Shown piece by piece: positions 17,706 through 26,800 of a stretch of DNA of 64,000 bases. The notes under the pieces are model-generated. The model was not told where the DNA came from and made no database searches. It saw only the letters and a program-made list of their open reading frames with translations. How positions within the stretch are numbered: the first letter of the stretch is position 1; each line of letters starts with the position of its first letter. Made by a program: the position numbers and the translations under genes. This DNA comes from a virus (Duplodnaviria > Caudoviricetes): the IMG/VR virus record IMGVR_UViG_3300020413_000003, positions 32,001 through 96,000 of that record. One strand, 5' to 3'.

Positions 17706-17977
17706 ACTAATACTATTAAGAACGTCCGCAGATAAGATAATATACTCTTTTACTGTACTCAAGTATATCATAGTGGACATATGGGAGTCAATACGAAGTA
17801 TGAAATATTATCGGAAATCAATAGAGAATGAATCAATATCAGATACAAATGATGATATTAATTAATATTAAAATAAATTAGGTAGTGTTGTTGTTATCGT
17901 TATTAATATGCGATCTTGATACGGTCTTAGCATGCAGACTATCAACAGTCAAGCATCTCACATAAAACTTAACAAAC

Positions 17978-18006
17978 TTGACAGACACAGGGATTTATGT
18001 CATAAT
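17978..18006 (+). promoter_or_regulatory. sigma70-type promoter
   Basis: TTGACA-17-CATAAT with extended TG. Confidence 0.7.
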
Positions 18007-18030
18007 AAGGTATAACAGAAGTATTGCCAA

Positions 18031-18213
18031 TTGCCTATGATTTTACCAGGAAAGTTTAAAAGACTTGCCGAGGGTTATCCAAAATTAAATAATACTGAAC
18101 TGATTGAATACTTTCAATTTCTTTTAGATACGGAACAAGTCACGGAGGAGACTCGGAGACATGTAGATTATTTTTTAATGGAAGGATTTTTGTACTATGT
18201 GCCAGTTGCATAA
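18031..18213 (+). CDS. Hypothetical protein
   Basis: ORF after a promoter; IEYFQFLLDT motif. Confidence 0.65.
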   Translation: MPMILPGKFKRLAEGYPKLNNTELIEYFQFLLDTEQVTEETRRHVDYFLMEGFLYYVPVA

Positions 18214-18286
18214 GTGTCCACTAAGGGGTGCATACAGGTAACCAAAGGCTTATAATAATAGTATACAAACAAAGGAACATTTAAAA
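18198..18286 (+). promoter_or_regulatory. Early promoter cassette with palindrome
   Basis: TGTGCCA-N10-TGTCCAC, 29 bp to TATAAT, AACAAAGGAA leader. Confidence 0.8.
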
Positions 18287-18517
18287 ATGAATCTTACACC
18301 AATCGCAGCAAACCAAACAGAAGTAGAGACAAAGAACGCTCGCATCTTCTTTTCTTATAAAACACCTGTTGCTGCTTACATCTTCGGAGAGGGATTCGTA
18401 AAAACTTCAACTTGGTATTCAACTACAACTACTAGGCATCTTAACAAGTGGATCGGCAGAGACATTGTAAACACAGTTAAAGAAGTTCCACAGGAGTTAC
18501 TTGACAACCTAGTATAA
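18287..18517 (+). CDS. Conserved-type phage hypothetical protein
   Basis: FSYKTPVAA...YSTTTTRHLNKW motif. Confidence 0.8.
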   Translation: MNLTPIAANQTEVETKNARIFFSYKTPVAAYIFGEGFVKTSTWYSTTTTRHLNKWIGRDIVNTVKEVPQELLDNLV

Positions 18518-18529
18518 GCATACTATAAT
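18501..18529 (+). promoter_or_regulatory. Perfect-consensus sigma70 promoter
   Basis: TTGACA-17-TATAAT. Confidence 0.8.
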
Positions 18530-18533
18530 ACAG

Positions 18534-18556
18534 AGGGCAGTTAAATGCCCTTTTTT
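18534..18556 (+). terminator. Rho-independent terminator
   Basis: AGGGCA-GTTAAA-TGCCCT then T run. Confidence 0.75.
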
Positions 18557-18691
18557 CTTGCCGACAGTTAGCCGTATTGTCGGTTATATTAATTCGGCCA
18601 CTACCCTAACCTACAAAGGTTCCCAATCGCTAGTGATATATAATCAAAAATAAAAAAATCCCCAGTATAAAAAATTTCCCCATAGGTAAAA

Positions 18692-18901
18692 ATGAACAAA
18701 CAGGATGATCGTGTATGGTGTATTGAACAGTTACTTAAGAAAGAGGGGTTCCTAGACCCTAGAATGTATGAATGTGCACAATATCTCGCTACATCTGGTA
18801 GACCTGAGTCTAAGGAATCTCTATATACATCATGGGAGAATTGGAAGAGTAGTCATCCACAAGATTTTTCCCTTAACAATAGTCAACGAAATAAACTATG
18901 A
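18692..18901 (+). CDS. Hypothetical protein
   Basis: ORF with AGGT RBS. Confidence 0.7.
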   Translation: MNKQDDRVWCIEQLLKKEGFLDPRMYECAQYLATSGRPESKESLYTSWENWKSSHPQDFSLNNSQRNKL

Positions 18902-19056
18902 GTAATAGATTCACTACGAAGTTGGAAGAAGATGACTATGGCGACCTCATCTTAACAATACCTTACGAAGTATGTGAAGAACTAGGATGGGATACCAAGT
19001 CAGAACTAGCATATGATATAACTGAAGACAGTTTTACACTTAAAAAAGACAAATGA
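18898..19056 (+). CDS. AbrB/MazE/SpoVT-like small DNA-binding protein (52 aa)
   Basis: MSNRFTTKLEEDDYGDLILTIPYEVCEELGWDTKSELAYDITEDSFTLKK matches the swapped-hairpin pattern G-x-hhhhP-x(5-6)-LGW; ATGA overlaps at both ends. Confidence 0.65.
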   Translation: MSNRFTTKLEEDDYGDLILTIPYEVCEELGWDTKSELAYDITEDSFTLKKDK

Positions 19057-19304
19057 CATTTTTCAAAGAACAAGTAAAAAGATTTTTTACATCAGGTAAG
19101 TGGGCATTGAAGTTAATCTTCCTTGTAGTACTTGTTGAGTTAGGTATAGTTGTCGGTGCTATAGCAACTCAAGAGTTAGATGAGAATGACAGCAATAACA
19201 TCAAACACATCTTGTCGTTAGTTGCTACAAAGTCCTTTGCATTATATGCAGCAGAGAAAGGTAATGGTGATAAGTATGTTAAACTTAAAGAATCTGAAGC
19301 TTAA
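19053..19304 (+). CDS. Hypothetical membrane protein
   Basis: Single hydrophobic helix WALKLIFLVVLVELGIVVGAIA. Confidence 0.7.
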   Translation: MTFFKEQVKRFFTSGKWALKLIFLVVLVELGIVVGAIATQELDENDSNNIKHILSLVATKSFALYAAEKGNGDKYVKLKESEA

Positions 19305-19389
19305 GAGACTCTTACAGAGGTCTTTTCCGAATAAGAAGATAGTAATTACAGATAATAAGGATGGTTCTCAGACCATTTCTATTACTTAA
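19276..19389 (+). CDS. Small hypothetical protein (37 aa)
   Basis: MLNLKNLKLKRLLQRSFPNKKIVITDNKDGSQTISIT; translated by hand. Confidence 0.5.
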   Translation: MLNLKNLKLKRLLQRSFPNKKIVITDNKDGSQTISIT

Positions 19390-19407
19390 CTTCCCGCGAT
19401 CCACATT

Positions 19408-20016
19408 ATGCCGAGAATATTTGAATTGTTTCCTACTCCTGTGTTTGAATCGGGGATTACTCCCCTAGAGGAGTGGGTGCGTTTCGCTGACGATGTAGTA
19501 TATGAGCGATATCCACGTGACCCGAACTCGATTTCGATTGATAAGAACGTATTAGATAGTATACCTGTACTGAAAGAAGAGATTACTAACGCTTGTAAGG
19601 TGTATGCATACGAGTATCTGGGAGTAAGAAGTCACAATGATGTCTATATTAGTCGTTCATGGTGTGTAAAGCATAAGAAAGGGGACTGGGCGGGTCTACA
19701 TGCTCATATAAACTCTATATGGAGTGGAATATATTACCTTAAGTGTGATGACCATAGTGGAAACTTAGTATTTGAGAAGAGTTGGGGACACAATACATGC
19801 TTTACTAGTACAATGCAACCTGATCATATGATTAATCATCTAAATCAGAACGCTTTTTCGTTTACTCCTGTAGATGGTAGTCTATTAATCTTCCCTTCTC
19901 ACCTTCAACATAAGGTATTAGAGAGTAATTCTGCAGAAGATCGTTATTGTATTGCATTTGATGTTTACATAAAAGGAGAAATAGGTTATACTAATGGTAA
20001 TGGTATTACTCTATGA
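19408..20016 (+). CDS. 2OG-Fe(II) oxygenase, TIGR02466-like (HxH type)
   Basis: LFPTPV, SW, HAH, WSGIYYL, IFPSHLQHKV, RYCIAFD. Confidence 0.9.
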   Translation: MPRIFELFPTPVFESGITPLEEWVRFADDVVYERYPRDPNSISIDKNVLDSIPVLKEEITNACKVYAYEYLGVRSHNDVYISRSWCVKHKKGDWAGLHAHINSIWSGIYYLKCDDHSGNLVFEKSWGHNTCFTSTMQPDHMINHLNQNAFSFTPVDGSLLIFPSHLQHKVLESNSAEDRYCIAFDVYIKGEIGYTNGNGITL

Positions 20017-20228
20017 TTAGAGAATGTGGTAAATGTGGTGCTCGTTGGTTAGATGGGCAACTATATTGGGCAGATGGCAAGATGGCATGTCCTCATGACC
20101 TTGCAGGTCTTGTCTGCAACCTCACTGATCTGATTGAAGAAGGTAATTGTATTAACCCCTGCAAAGGATCCACAAGTGGTATGACCTGGAAACATCGTGA
20201 GATGATGATAGACTACTACGATATATAA
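20013..20228 (+). CDS. Small Cys-rich hypothetical protein
   Basis: CGKC...WLDGQLYW...DLAGLVCN...CINPC. Confidence 0.75.
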   Translation: MIRECGKCGARWLDGQLYWADGKMACPHDLAGLVCNLTDLIEEGNCINPCKGSTSGMTWKHREMMIDYYDI

Positions 20229-20239
20229 AAATAAACCCT

Positions 20240-20455
20240 ATGGTTAACCTAAGAGATAAAATTCTCGCATCCCAAATTAGTTACTATCAAGGATTAATTT
20301 GTAAACATCAACAAAATGTTGAGATCTACCTTAACAACCCAGTTGGTATAGGTGAACATCCTGATGTAATGGCTGCAATAGACCAAGAAATTGCTGCTAT
20401 TGCTCAAAACCATGAAAAGATTGACATTATCAATCACTACTTCTTAAATGCCTAA
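20240..20455 (+). CDS. Conserved-type hypothetical protein
   Basis: NVEIYLNNPVGIGEHPDV motif, recalled from marine phages. Confidence 0.8.
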   Translation: MVNLRDKILASQISYYQGLICKHQQNVEIYLNNPVGIGEHPDVMAAIDQEIAAIAQNHEKIDIINHYFLNA

Positions 20456-20714
20456 GTACGAACTAGAAGGAGCATATGACGAACACTGGAGAGAACAATG
20501 GAAGTTCAACCAGACTGTTGGTGGTGCTTTGGAAGAGATCGCAAATAGACTTACAGAACTAGAGAAAACAGTCGCAGAACAACCTACAAGTGACAAAACC
20601 TACTATAAACCATACGGTTATAAGGATTATGACACCTTATATGGCACTCTAGACACTATTTTTAAGCGTTTAGACGATTTAGAAGGAAAAAAACGCACTT
20701 TTGGTAAACTTTAA
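20448..20714 (+). CDS. Hypothetical coiled-coil protein
   Basis: ORF in a coupled chain. Confidence 0.75.
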   Translation: MPKYELEGAYDEHWREQWKFNQTVGGALEEIANRLTELEKTVAEQPTSDKTYYKPYGYKDYDTLYGTLDTIFKRLDDLEGKKRTFGKL

Positions 20715-20724
20715 CCCTATTTTT

Positions 20725-20829
20725 ATGAAAAAACCTAAAAAAACACGTCAAGGTAACGGATTATGCACAAAAATTGCTGCTAGTTCACGAAATAAAGCAA
20801 AAAAACGTTATCGTGGTCAAGGTAAGTGA
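20725..20829 (+). CDS. Small basic peptide ending in YRGQGK (34 aa)
   Basis: MKKPKKTRQGNGLCTKIAASSRNKAKKRYRGQGK; translated by hand. Confidence 0.7.
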   Translation: MKKPKKTRQGNGLCTKIAASSRNKAKKRYRGQGK

Positions 20830-21020
20830 ATGATGAAATAAATGAGGCTTGGAGTGAGTCTCGGATCAATAAACCAAAAAAATATCCGATGCCTCTATGG
20901 TTAACGGATGAAGAATTTGACAAAATGGTTGAATCTTTATGGATCAGAAGGAAGTCTGATAAGTTGTGTGAAAAATTATGGACAAGAATGTCGGCAATAA
21001 AGGCTGTTGTACCTGACTAA
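20826..21020 (+). CDS. Hypothetical protein
   Basis: GTGA-coupled ORF. Confidence 0.6.
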   Translation: MNDEINEAWSESRINKPKKYPMPLWLTDEEFDKMVESLWIRRKSDKLCEKLWTRMSAIKAVVPD

Positions 21021-21023
21021 ATA
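21016..21023 (+). promoter_or_regulatory. Probable T4-type late promoter
   Basis: ACTAAATA (variant of TATAAATA) upstream of the SET-gp25-gp6-gp7 run. Confidence 0.55.
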
Positions 21024-21044
21024 TAATTAGTTAGATTATGAATC

Positions 21045-21374
21045 GTGACTTATCAGGCATTACCCGAAGGACTGTACATTAAAGACTCCCCTATAGCAGG
21101 GCAAGGCATATTTACTAGTAAATCCCTTGAAGTTGGCACAGAATTAGGTATGTCTCACATAGTTATCGCAGATGAGATCATTAGAACTCCTCTTGGAGGG
21201 TTTATTAACCATAATGATGTCCCAAATTGCGAGAAATTGTGTCCAAGGGTGGAAAAAATGTATAATTTGACCAAAACCCACTATAAGTCAATAAAGAAAT
21301 ATTATGTAAAGGTTGTTAAACCTATTGGTGAAGGTGAAGAATTATTTTTGAATTACACTTTCTATAAGGTATAA
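21045..21374 (+). CDS. SET-domain protein (putative lysine methyltransferase)
   Basis: SPIAGQGIF (motif I), FINHNDVPN (motif III), GEELFLNY (motif IV). Confidence 0.85.
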   Translation: MTYQALPEGLYIKDSPIAGQGIFTSKSLEVGTELGMSHIVIADEIIRTPLGGFINHNDVPNCEKLCPRVEKMYNLTKTHYKSIKKYYVKVVKPIGEGEELFLNYTFYKV

Positions 21375-21793
21375 TGGCGATTAAAGAGGTAAGAGGTGGT
21401 AAAGATAACCTTTCACGTGGTTTTAAAGATGTTGGTATGAGTTTCTTACTCAATGTCTTTACAAAAGATGCTGCGGTGGTGAAGAATGAGAATGCCATTA
21501 AACAATCTATCAAGAATTTAGTACTAACACAGAAGGGGGAAAAGTTGTTTCAACCTGAGATAGGGTCTGGTGTATATGAATTACTCTTTGAACCTATGGA
21601 TCCGTTTACAGCAGATTCTATTAGGGATGAGATAATAAATACTCTTGGACAGTATGAACCTCGAATTAGTATTCTAGAGGTAGATGTGGAACCGAACGAA
21701 GCAACTAACACATTTGATGTTACGGTTGAATATAGAATTGTAGGACAACCCATAGTGGAAACAGTCAACTTCATCTTGCAGAGACCCGAATAA
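21374..21793 (+). CDS. g25: Baseplate wedge subunit gp25
   Basis: AIKQSIKNLVLT..GEKLFQPEIGS..LLFEP..YEPRI. Confidence 0.93.
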   Translation: MAIKEVRGGKDNLSRGFKDVGMSFLLNVFTKDAAVVKNENAIKQSIKNLVLTQKGEKLFQPEIGSGVYELLFEPMDPFTADSIRDEIINTLGQYEPRISILEVDVEPNEATNTFDVTVEYRIVGQPIVETVNFILQRPE

Positions 21794-23820
21794 TGCAACC
21801 GAACAATTTAACAGCATTAGATTTTGGTGATATTAAGGCATCAATCAAATCATATCTAAGAACTAGGACAGAGTTTACAGATTATGACTTTGAAGGTGCT
21901 GCTTTATCTTATCTAATAGACACATTAGCATATAATACCTATTATACTGCCTTCAACGCTAACATGGCGATGAATGAGGCATTCCTACCATCCGCTACAG
22001 TAAGAGATAACGTTGTTAATATAGCAAAACTACTAAACTATGTTCCGACCTCTATAGTCGCTTCTAGGGCAACTATATCGTTGGTAGTTCAATGTCAGCA
22101 AACAAGTGATGTATACCCAAGTACAGTAACCTTAAAGAAAGGTGCAATACTACAGGGTGGTTCCTTTATGTGGAATATTCTAGCAGATACTACGGTTTCT
22201 GTCGATCCAACAACAGGAATTGCAAACTTTTCTAGTTTAATTGTAAAACAGGGAACAATTCTTAACTTCTCATACGTTGTTAATACATTTGCTTCTCAAA
22301 TTTACAAGATTCCCTCAGAAAATTGCGATATATCAAGTTTAACAGTTAATGTAAAGGCAACCGAGACATCCACAACCTCTGATTTATACACTAGAGTTGA
22401 TACTATTAGTAATCTTACCGCTACATCACGTATATACTTCATCTCCGAAGGTGAGGATATGCGTTATGAGTTGAAATTTGGAGATGATAGTATTGGTAGA
22501 GCACTAAGTGATGGTGAGGTTGTAACACTAGAGTATCTTGTTACTGACGGTGAACCTGCTAATGATGTCAATGTATTCAACTTCATTGGTAGACTGTCAG
22601 ATAGTGCAGGTAGATCATATACTTCACAATCGGTAACTATGACTTTGAATGAGAAGTCAGGTTATGGAGAGAGTGCTGAGTCTATAGAATCTATCAAATA
22701 TAATGCTCCTAGGTATTATTCCTCACAGTATAGAGCAGTTACTGCACAAGATTACGCAATCATCACTAAAAAAGTGTATGATAACGCACATTCCGTTGTT
22801 GCGTATGGTGGAGATTCACTAAATCCCCCAATTTACGGTAAAGTTTACATCGCTATTAAGACAAAGACAGGATCTTTGCTTAATGATCAAACTAAAAAGA
22901 GTATTGCTGCGGATTTACGCGGTTATGCAATGGCATCTATCGACCCTGTGGTCATCGATCCCGAAAATGTATACATCTATCCTAAAGTGTTTGTACAATA
23001 TGACACGGGATGCGGAAGTGATACATCAACTATTAAGACAAATGTGTCTACTGCAATAGAAGATTGGGCGACACAGACGGAAATAAACAACTTTAACTCA
23101 ACATTTAGATCATCAGCATTTGAAAAGGCAATTACACTAGCAGACAGGTGTGTTAGTGACGTTTCACTTCAAACTACAATATTACGATACATTCTACCTA
23201 CTACCAATCAAACTAATACGTATAGCATCTCTACTGGATCCGCACTCTACAATAGTGCTCCTTCTAAAGACGGTAGTGATGGAACTAATCCAAAAGAACC
23301 AATTCTCCTATCAGGATCCTTTAGAACTTCAGACAGACCAGGTGTTGATCAACAGTTTGAAGATGATGGATACGGAAACTTGAGAACTTACTACAATACA
23401 GGAACAAGAAAGATCTATACCAATAATGCTGCAGGAACTTGTAACTATGATACTGGTGAAATTGCTTTCGGACCTGTTGCAATTATCGGTGCGGGTGCAA
23501 ACTTCTCAACAACTGGTGTAAATATTACTAATACTTCTACAGGAGCAGGGTCTGTAACCGATTCAACATTACTTCCTGTAGATTTACAAATTCCCGTTCA
23601 ATTTATTCCAGCGAACTCAAATAGCATTCCTGCTTCAACTCCTGGTACAATTATTAATATTGTGTTACCAGAAATAACAGTTGCACCTGTAGGAACAGCA
23701 CCACCTCCCACTATACCACTAAATAGTTTGACACCGACTATTTTTGACCAGACTCCATCAACTGTGGCAATCACATCAAGTCTGGGCAGCACAACTAACT
23801 TAAATACCACCTCTTATTAG
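21793..23820 (+). CDS. g6: Baseplate wedge subunit gp6
   Basis: LDFGDIK..FTDYDFEGAALS..LAYNTYY; RAVTAQDY; YGKVYIAIK. Confidence 0.93.
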   Translation: MQPNNLTALDFGDIKASIKSYLRTRTEFTDYDFEGAALSYLIDTLAYNTYYTAFNANMAMNEAFLPSATVRDNVVNIAKLLNYVPTSIVASRATISLVVQCQQTSDVYPSTVTLKKGAILQGGSFMWNILADTTVSVDPTTGIANFSSLIVKQGTILNFSYVVNTFASQIYKIPSENCDISSLTVNVKATETSTTSDLYTRVDTISNLTATSRIYFISEGEDMRYELKFGDDSIGRALSDGEVVTLEYLVTDGEPANDVNVFNFIGRLSDSAGRSYTSQSVTMTLNEKSGYGESAESIESIKYNAPRYYSSQYRAVTAQDYAIITKKVYDNAHSVVAYGGDSLNPPIYGKVYIAIKTKTGSLLNDQTKKSIAADLRGYAMASIDPVVIDPENVYIYPKVFVQYDTGCGSDTSTIKTNVSTAIEDWATQTEINNFNSTFRSSAFEKAITLADRCVSDVSLQTTILRYILPTTNQTNTYSISTGSALYNSAPSKDGSDGTNPKEPILLSGSFRTSDRPGVDQQFEDDGYGNLRTYYNTGTRKIYTNNAAGTCNYDTGEIAFGPVAIIGAGANFSTTGVNITNTSTGAGSVTDSTLLPVDLQIPVQFIPANSNSIPASTPGTIINIVLPEITVAPVGTAPPPTIPLNSLTPTIFDQTPSTVAITSSLGSTTNLNTTSY

Positions 23821-23825
23821 AGTAG

Positions 23826-26800
23826 ATGACAAATATTAATAAGGTATCACAAGCGGTTGTCTCACAGACACCCGATTTCGTAGAGTCAGATTACCCACTG
23901 TTTAATCGATTCCTCGAGTACTATTATGCATCTCAAGAAAAAACAGGTTTAGGACAGAATATATTAAACAATTTTCTAGGATATCTTGACATTGATAAAC
24001 TAGACATTAGTATTTTAGATGGTGCAACTAAGGTTAGAGAAGCAATAACTGCAACTAGTGATAGAATTGTTGTAGAGAGTGTAGATAGTTTTCTAGAGAA
24101 GAATGGAACAATATTAGTTGATGGCGAAGTAATATTTTATGAATCTACAACATCCTCACCAAACATTGCACTAACACCAGGTGTTAACTACGATCAGGTA
24201 AAATTAAAGTGGGATGAACTAGCAAGTCCTTTAACAAGTTTTGACGGAACTACATCAAGGTTCCCATTAACCTCTCAATCTAATCCCGTAGGTCCTCCAT
24301 CTGCACAACATTTGATTGTAAGGGTATATGGTGATTGGTTACTTCCTAATGTTGATTATACCATTGACGGTGATCATATTGTCTTTACTACTCCTCCTAG
24401 AGCAAGAGTTGTTGCTGATGATGCCTCATATACTTACATTACATACCTAAACGGTTTTGTTGAGAACCAAATCGTTGCTATGGATAATATCTCTGGTGCG
24501 TTTGGTGAAAATAAGAGACAATTTACTATTACACGAAATGGAGTAAGATATGAACCTACTGTAGATGAATATTGTCTTGCGGTATATGATAATAAGTTAA
24601 TGATACCTAAAGTTGACTTCTTTATTGATGGTGATCAGTTTATCTTTAATACTGCTCCATTAAACGGAAGACTACTTTCTTTCTATGTTATTGAAGCACC
24701 TATTCCTTCATTTGGTGCAGGTGCTGTTGGATTTGCTCAAGTTAGTGATACAGGTACTCTTACTGGTATTACTGTTAATAATACAGGTTCTAAGTATAGA
24801 TTCCAATATCCTCCACAAGTATCCGTTAACTCTGATACTGGATCAGGTGCATCTGCAACTGCTCTTGTAAATGGTGTTAAAGAACTTTCTTTATTGAATG
24901 GTGGATTTGGTTATAGTGAAACTAACCCTCCAGTAGTTCAAGTTGAATCTCCAACACTAGATGGTTCACAGCAAGCAACTTTAAAAGCAACTGTTACTAA
25001 TGGTGCTGTTTCTTCTCTTGAAATCGTCAATTCTGGGTCAGGATATACATTCACACCTAGAATCACTTTCCGACAGCCAGGAGGGTGCACATTGGGCACT
25101 GGGCAGATATTAAATGGATCTATTAGTGCTGTTCCTGCTATTACTTACGGTGGATTTGGATATACGACTGCACCTACCGTTTATGTTGATGAACCTACAG
25201 GTGAATCACCAATTAGAGCAAATATTCAAGCAACTGTTCTTAATGGTGAAGTTACTGCTCTTACAATATTAAATGCAGGTCAAGGATATACTTCTACACC
25301 TAGAATTGCTATTGTTGATCCAGTAGGTGCACAAGTTTTAGAGACTGTTGTTGATACTGACGGAAGGGTAACTTCTATTGAACTTTTAGATGGTGGTAAT
25401 GGATATGAAGATGTTCCCTCAGTTTACATTGTTGATAATAGATTAGACGATAGAGGAACATTTATTGGTGGAAGTGGTGCTACAGCGTCAGCATCAATCT
25501 TTAACGGTAGAATCACTGATATTAACGTTACTGAGTTTGGAACTGGGTACAGTCAAACTACTCCTCCTACTGTTGTTATTCAAACACCTCCTTCAGCAGA
25601 TGCATCTGCAACTATTGGTGTAAATGAAGTTACTGGATTTAATATTAATCAAAACGGAACAGGATATACAAAAGCACAGTTTATTGGATGTGCTAGAGCA
25701 GCAAGTGCTATTACTTCTTATACACAAAGTGGTAATGCTGTATTTACTGACACAACTAGTGCAGTAGAACATGCACTTGACTCTCCTGTTAAGTGTTTAG
25801 ATTCATTATTTGTTAAAAGACTACTTGATAAGTATACTCAACAATATCTACCTGACGTTCCTTCATTAGATTACAATACAATCGATGTAAGAACCGCTAT
25901 CAAGACTATTAAAGACTTTTACAGTTGTAAAGGAACTTCTTACAGTATTGCATATCTTTTCAAACTTCTTTATGGTGAGCAAGTCAATATATCATATCCT
26001 AAAGATCAAATCATTAAACCATCTGCTGCAACATGGTCTATTGATACAATTCTTCGTGCAACTATAGTAAGCGGTGATCCTGCTAACATTAGAGACGGTC
26101 TTTTAACTCAAGATGCTGATATTGCTGATGAAAACATAAGAGCAGCAAGTGCACTTGTAGAAAACTTTATTTCGATTAAAACATCCCAAACTGAAATATA
26201 TGAATTAATTCTTTCCGAAGAAACCATTGATGGAACATTTATAGTCCCTTATAAGACAAAATTAGCAGAACCTCTTAATCAAACAGAAGGTATTATAACT
26301 GTTGACTCTACAATTGGTTGGCCAGAAAGAAACGGTGAATTTTTGATTGGTAGTTCATCAGATACTGCAGAACTCATTCAATATAAGGAAAAATCACTAA
26401 ACCAGTTTATTGAGTGTACTAGATCAGTCAATAACGTAGTTGAGGACTGGGATTCTGCGACTGAAGTAAAATCCAACTTTAAAGTCTATGTTAACAAAGG
26501 AACTGCTCAAGAAGTAATCATGAATGTTGTTGGTATCGTTGATGCTCAACAAACTACTCTTACTGACACTGGTTCTTATTACTTACCTGGTGATAAACTA
26601 GCAATTTCTAAATTAGGTGGAACTGACGCTAGTTCTGAACTTATTACTTGGTTGTATAACGTTAAAAAGTTAATTTCAGTTACTGGAATTACATTTGGTG
26701 GTATTAATGATCAAGCTGCTACTGTAACTTGTGCAAATCCTCATGGTCTACTGGTTGGAGATCAGGTTACAATCTATGGTGCTAACCCAATCATCTATAA

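Noticed and set aside
12449-18256. CRISPR array interpretation of the repeated palindromes
   Set aside because: Spacing is hundreds of bp, copies are degenerate, intervening DNA is coding, and there are no cas genes.
17706-18691. tRNA genes in the intergenic gaps
   Set aside because: No cloverleaf or T-loop GTTCRA motif found.
19303-19326. Weak hairpin plus T run as a terminator
   Set aside because: Bulged short stem lying within a plausible small ORF (19276-19389).
1-21000. A-rich left part versus T-richer structural region as a replication-skew switch
   Set aside because: Not quantifiable by eye and confounded by codon usage and amino-acid composition; needs a cumulative skew plot.
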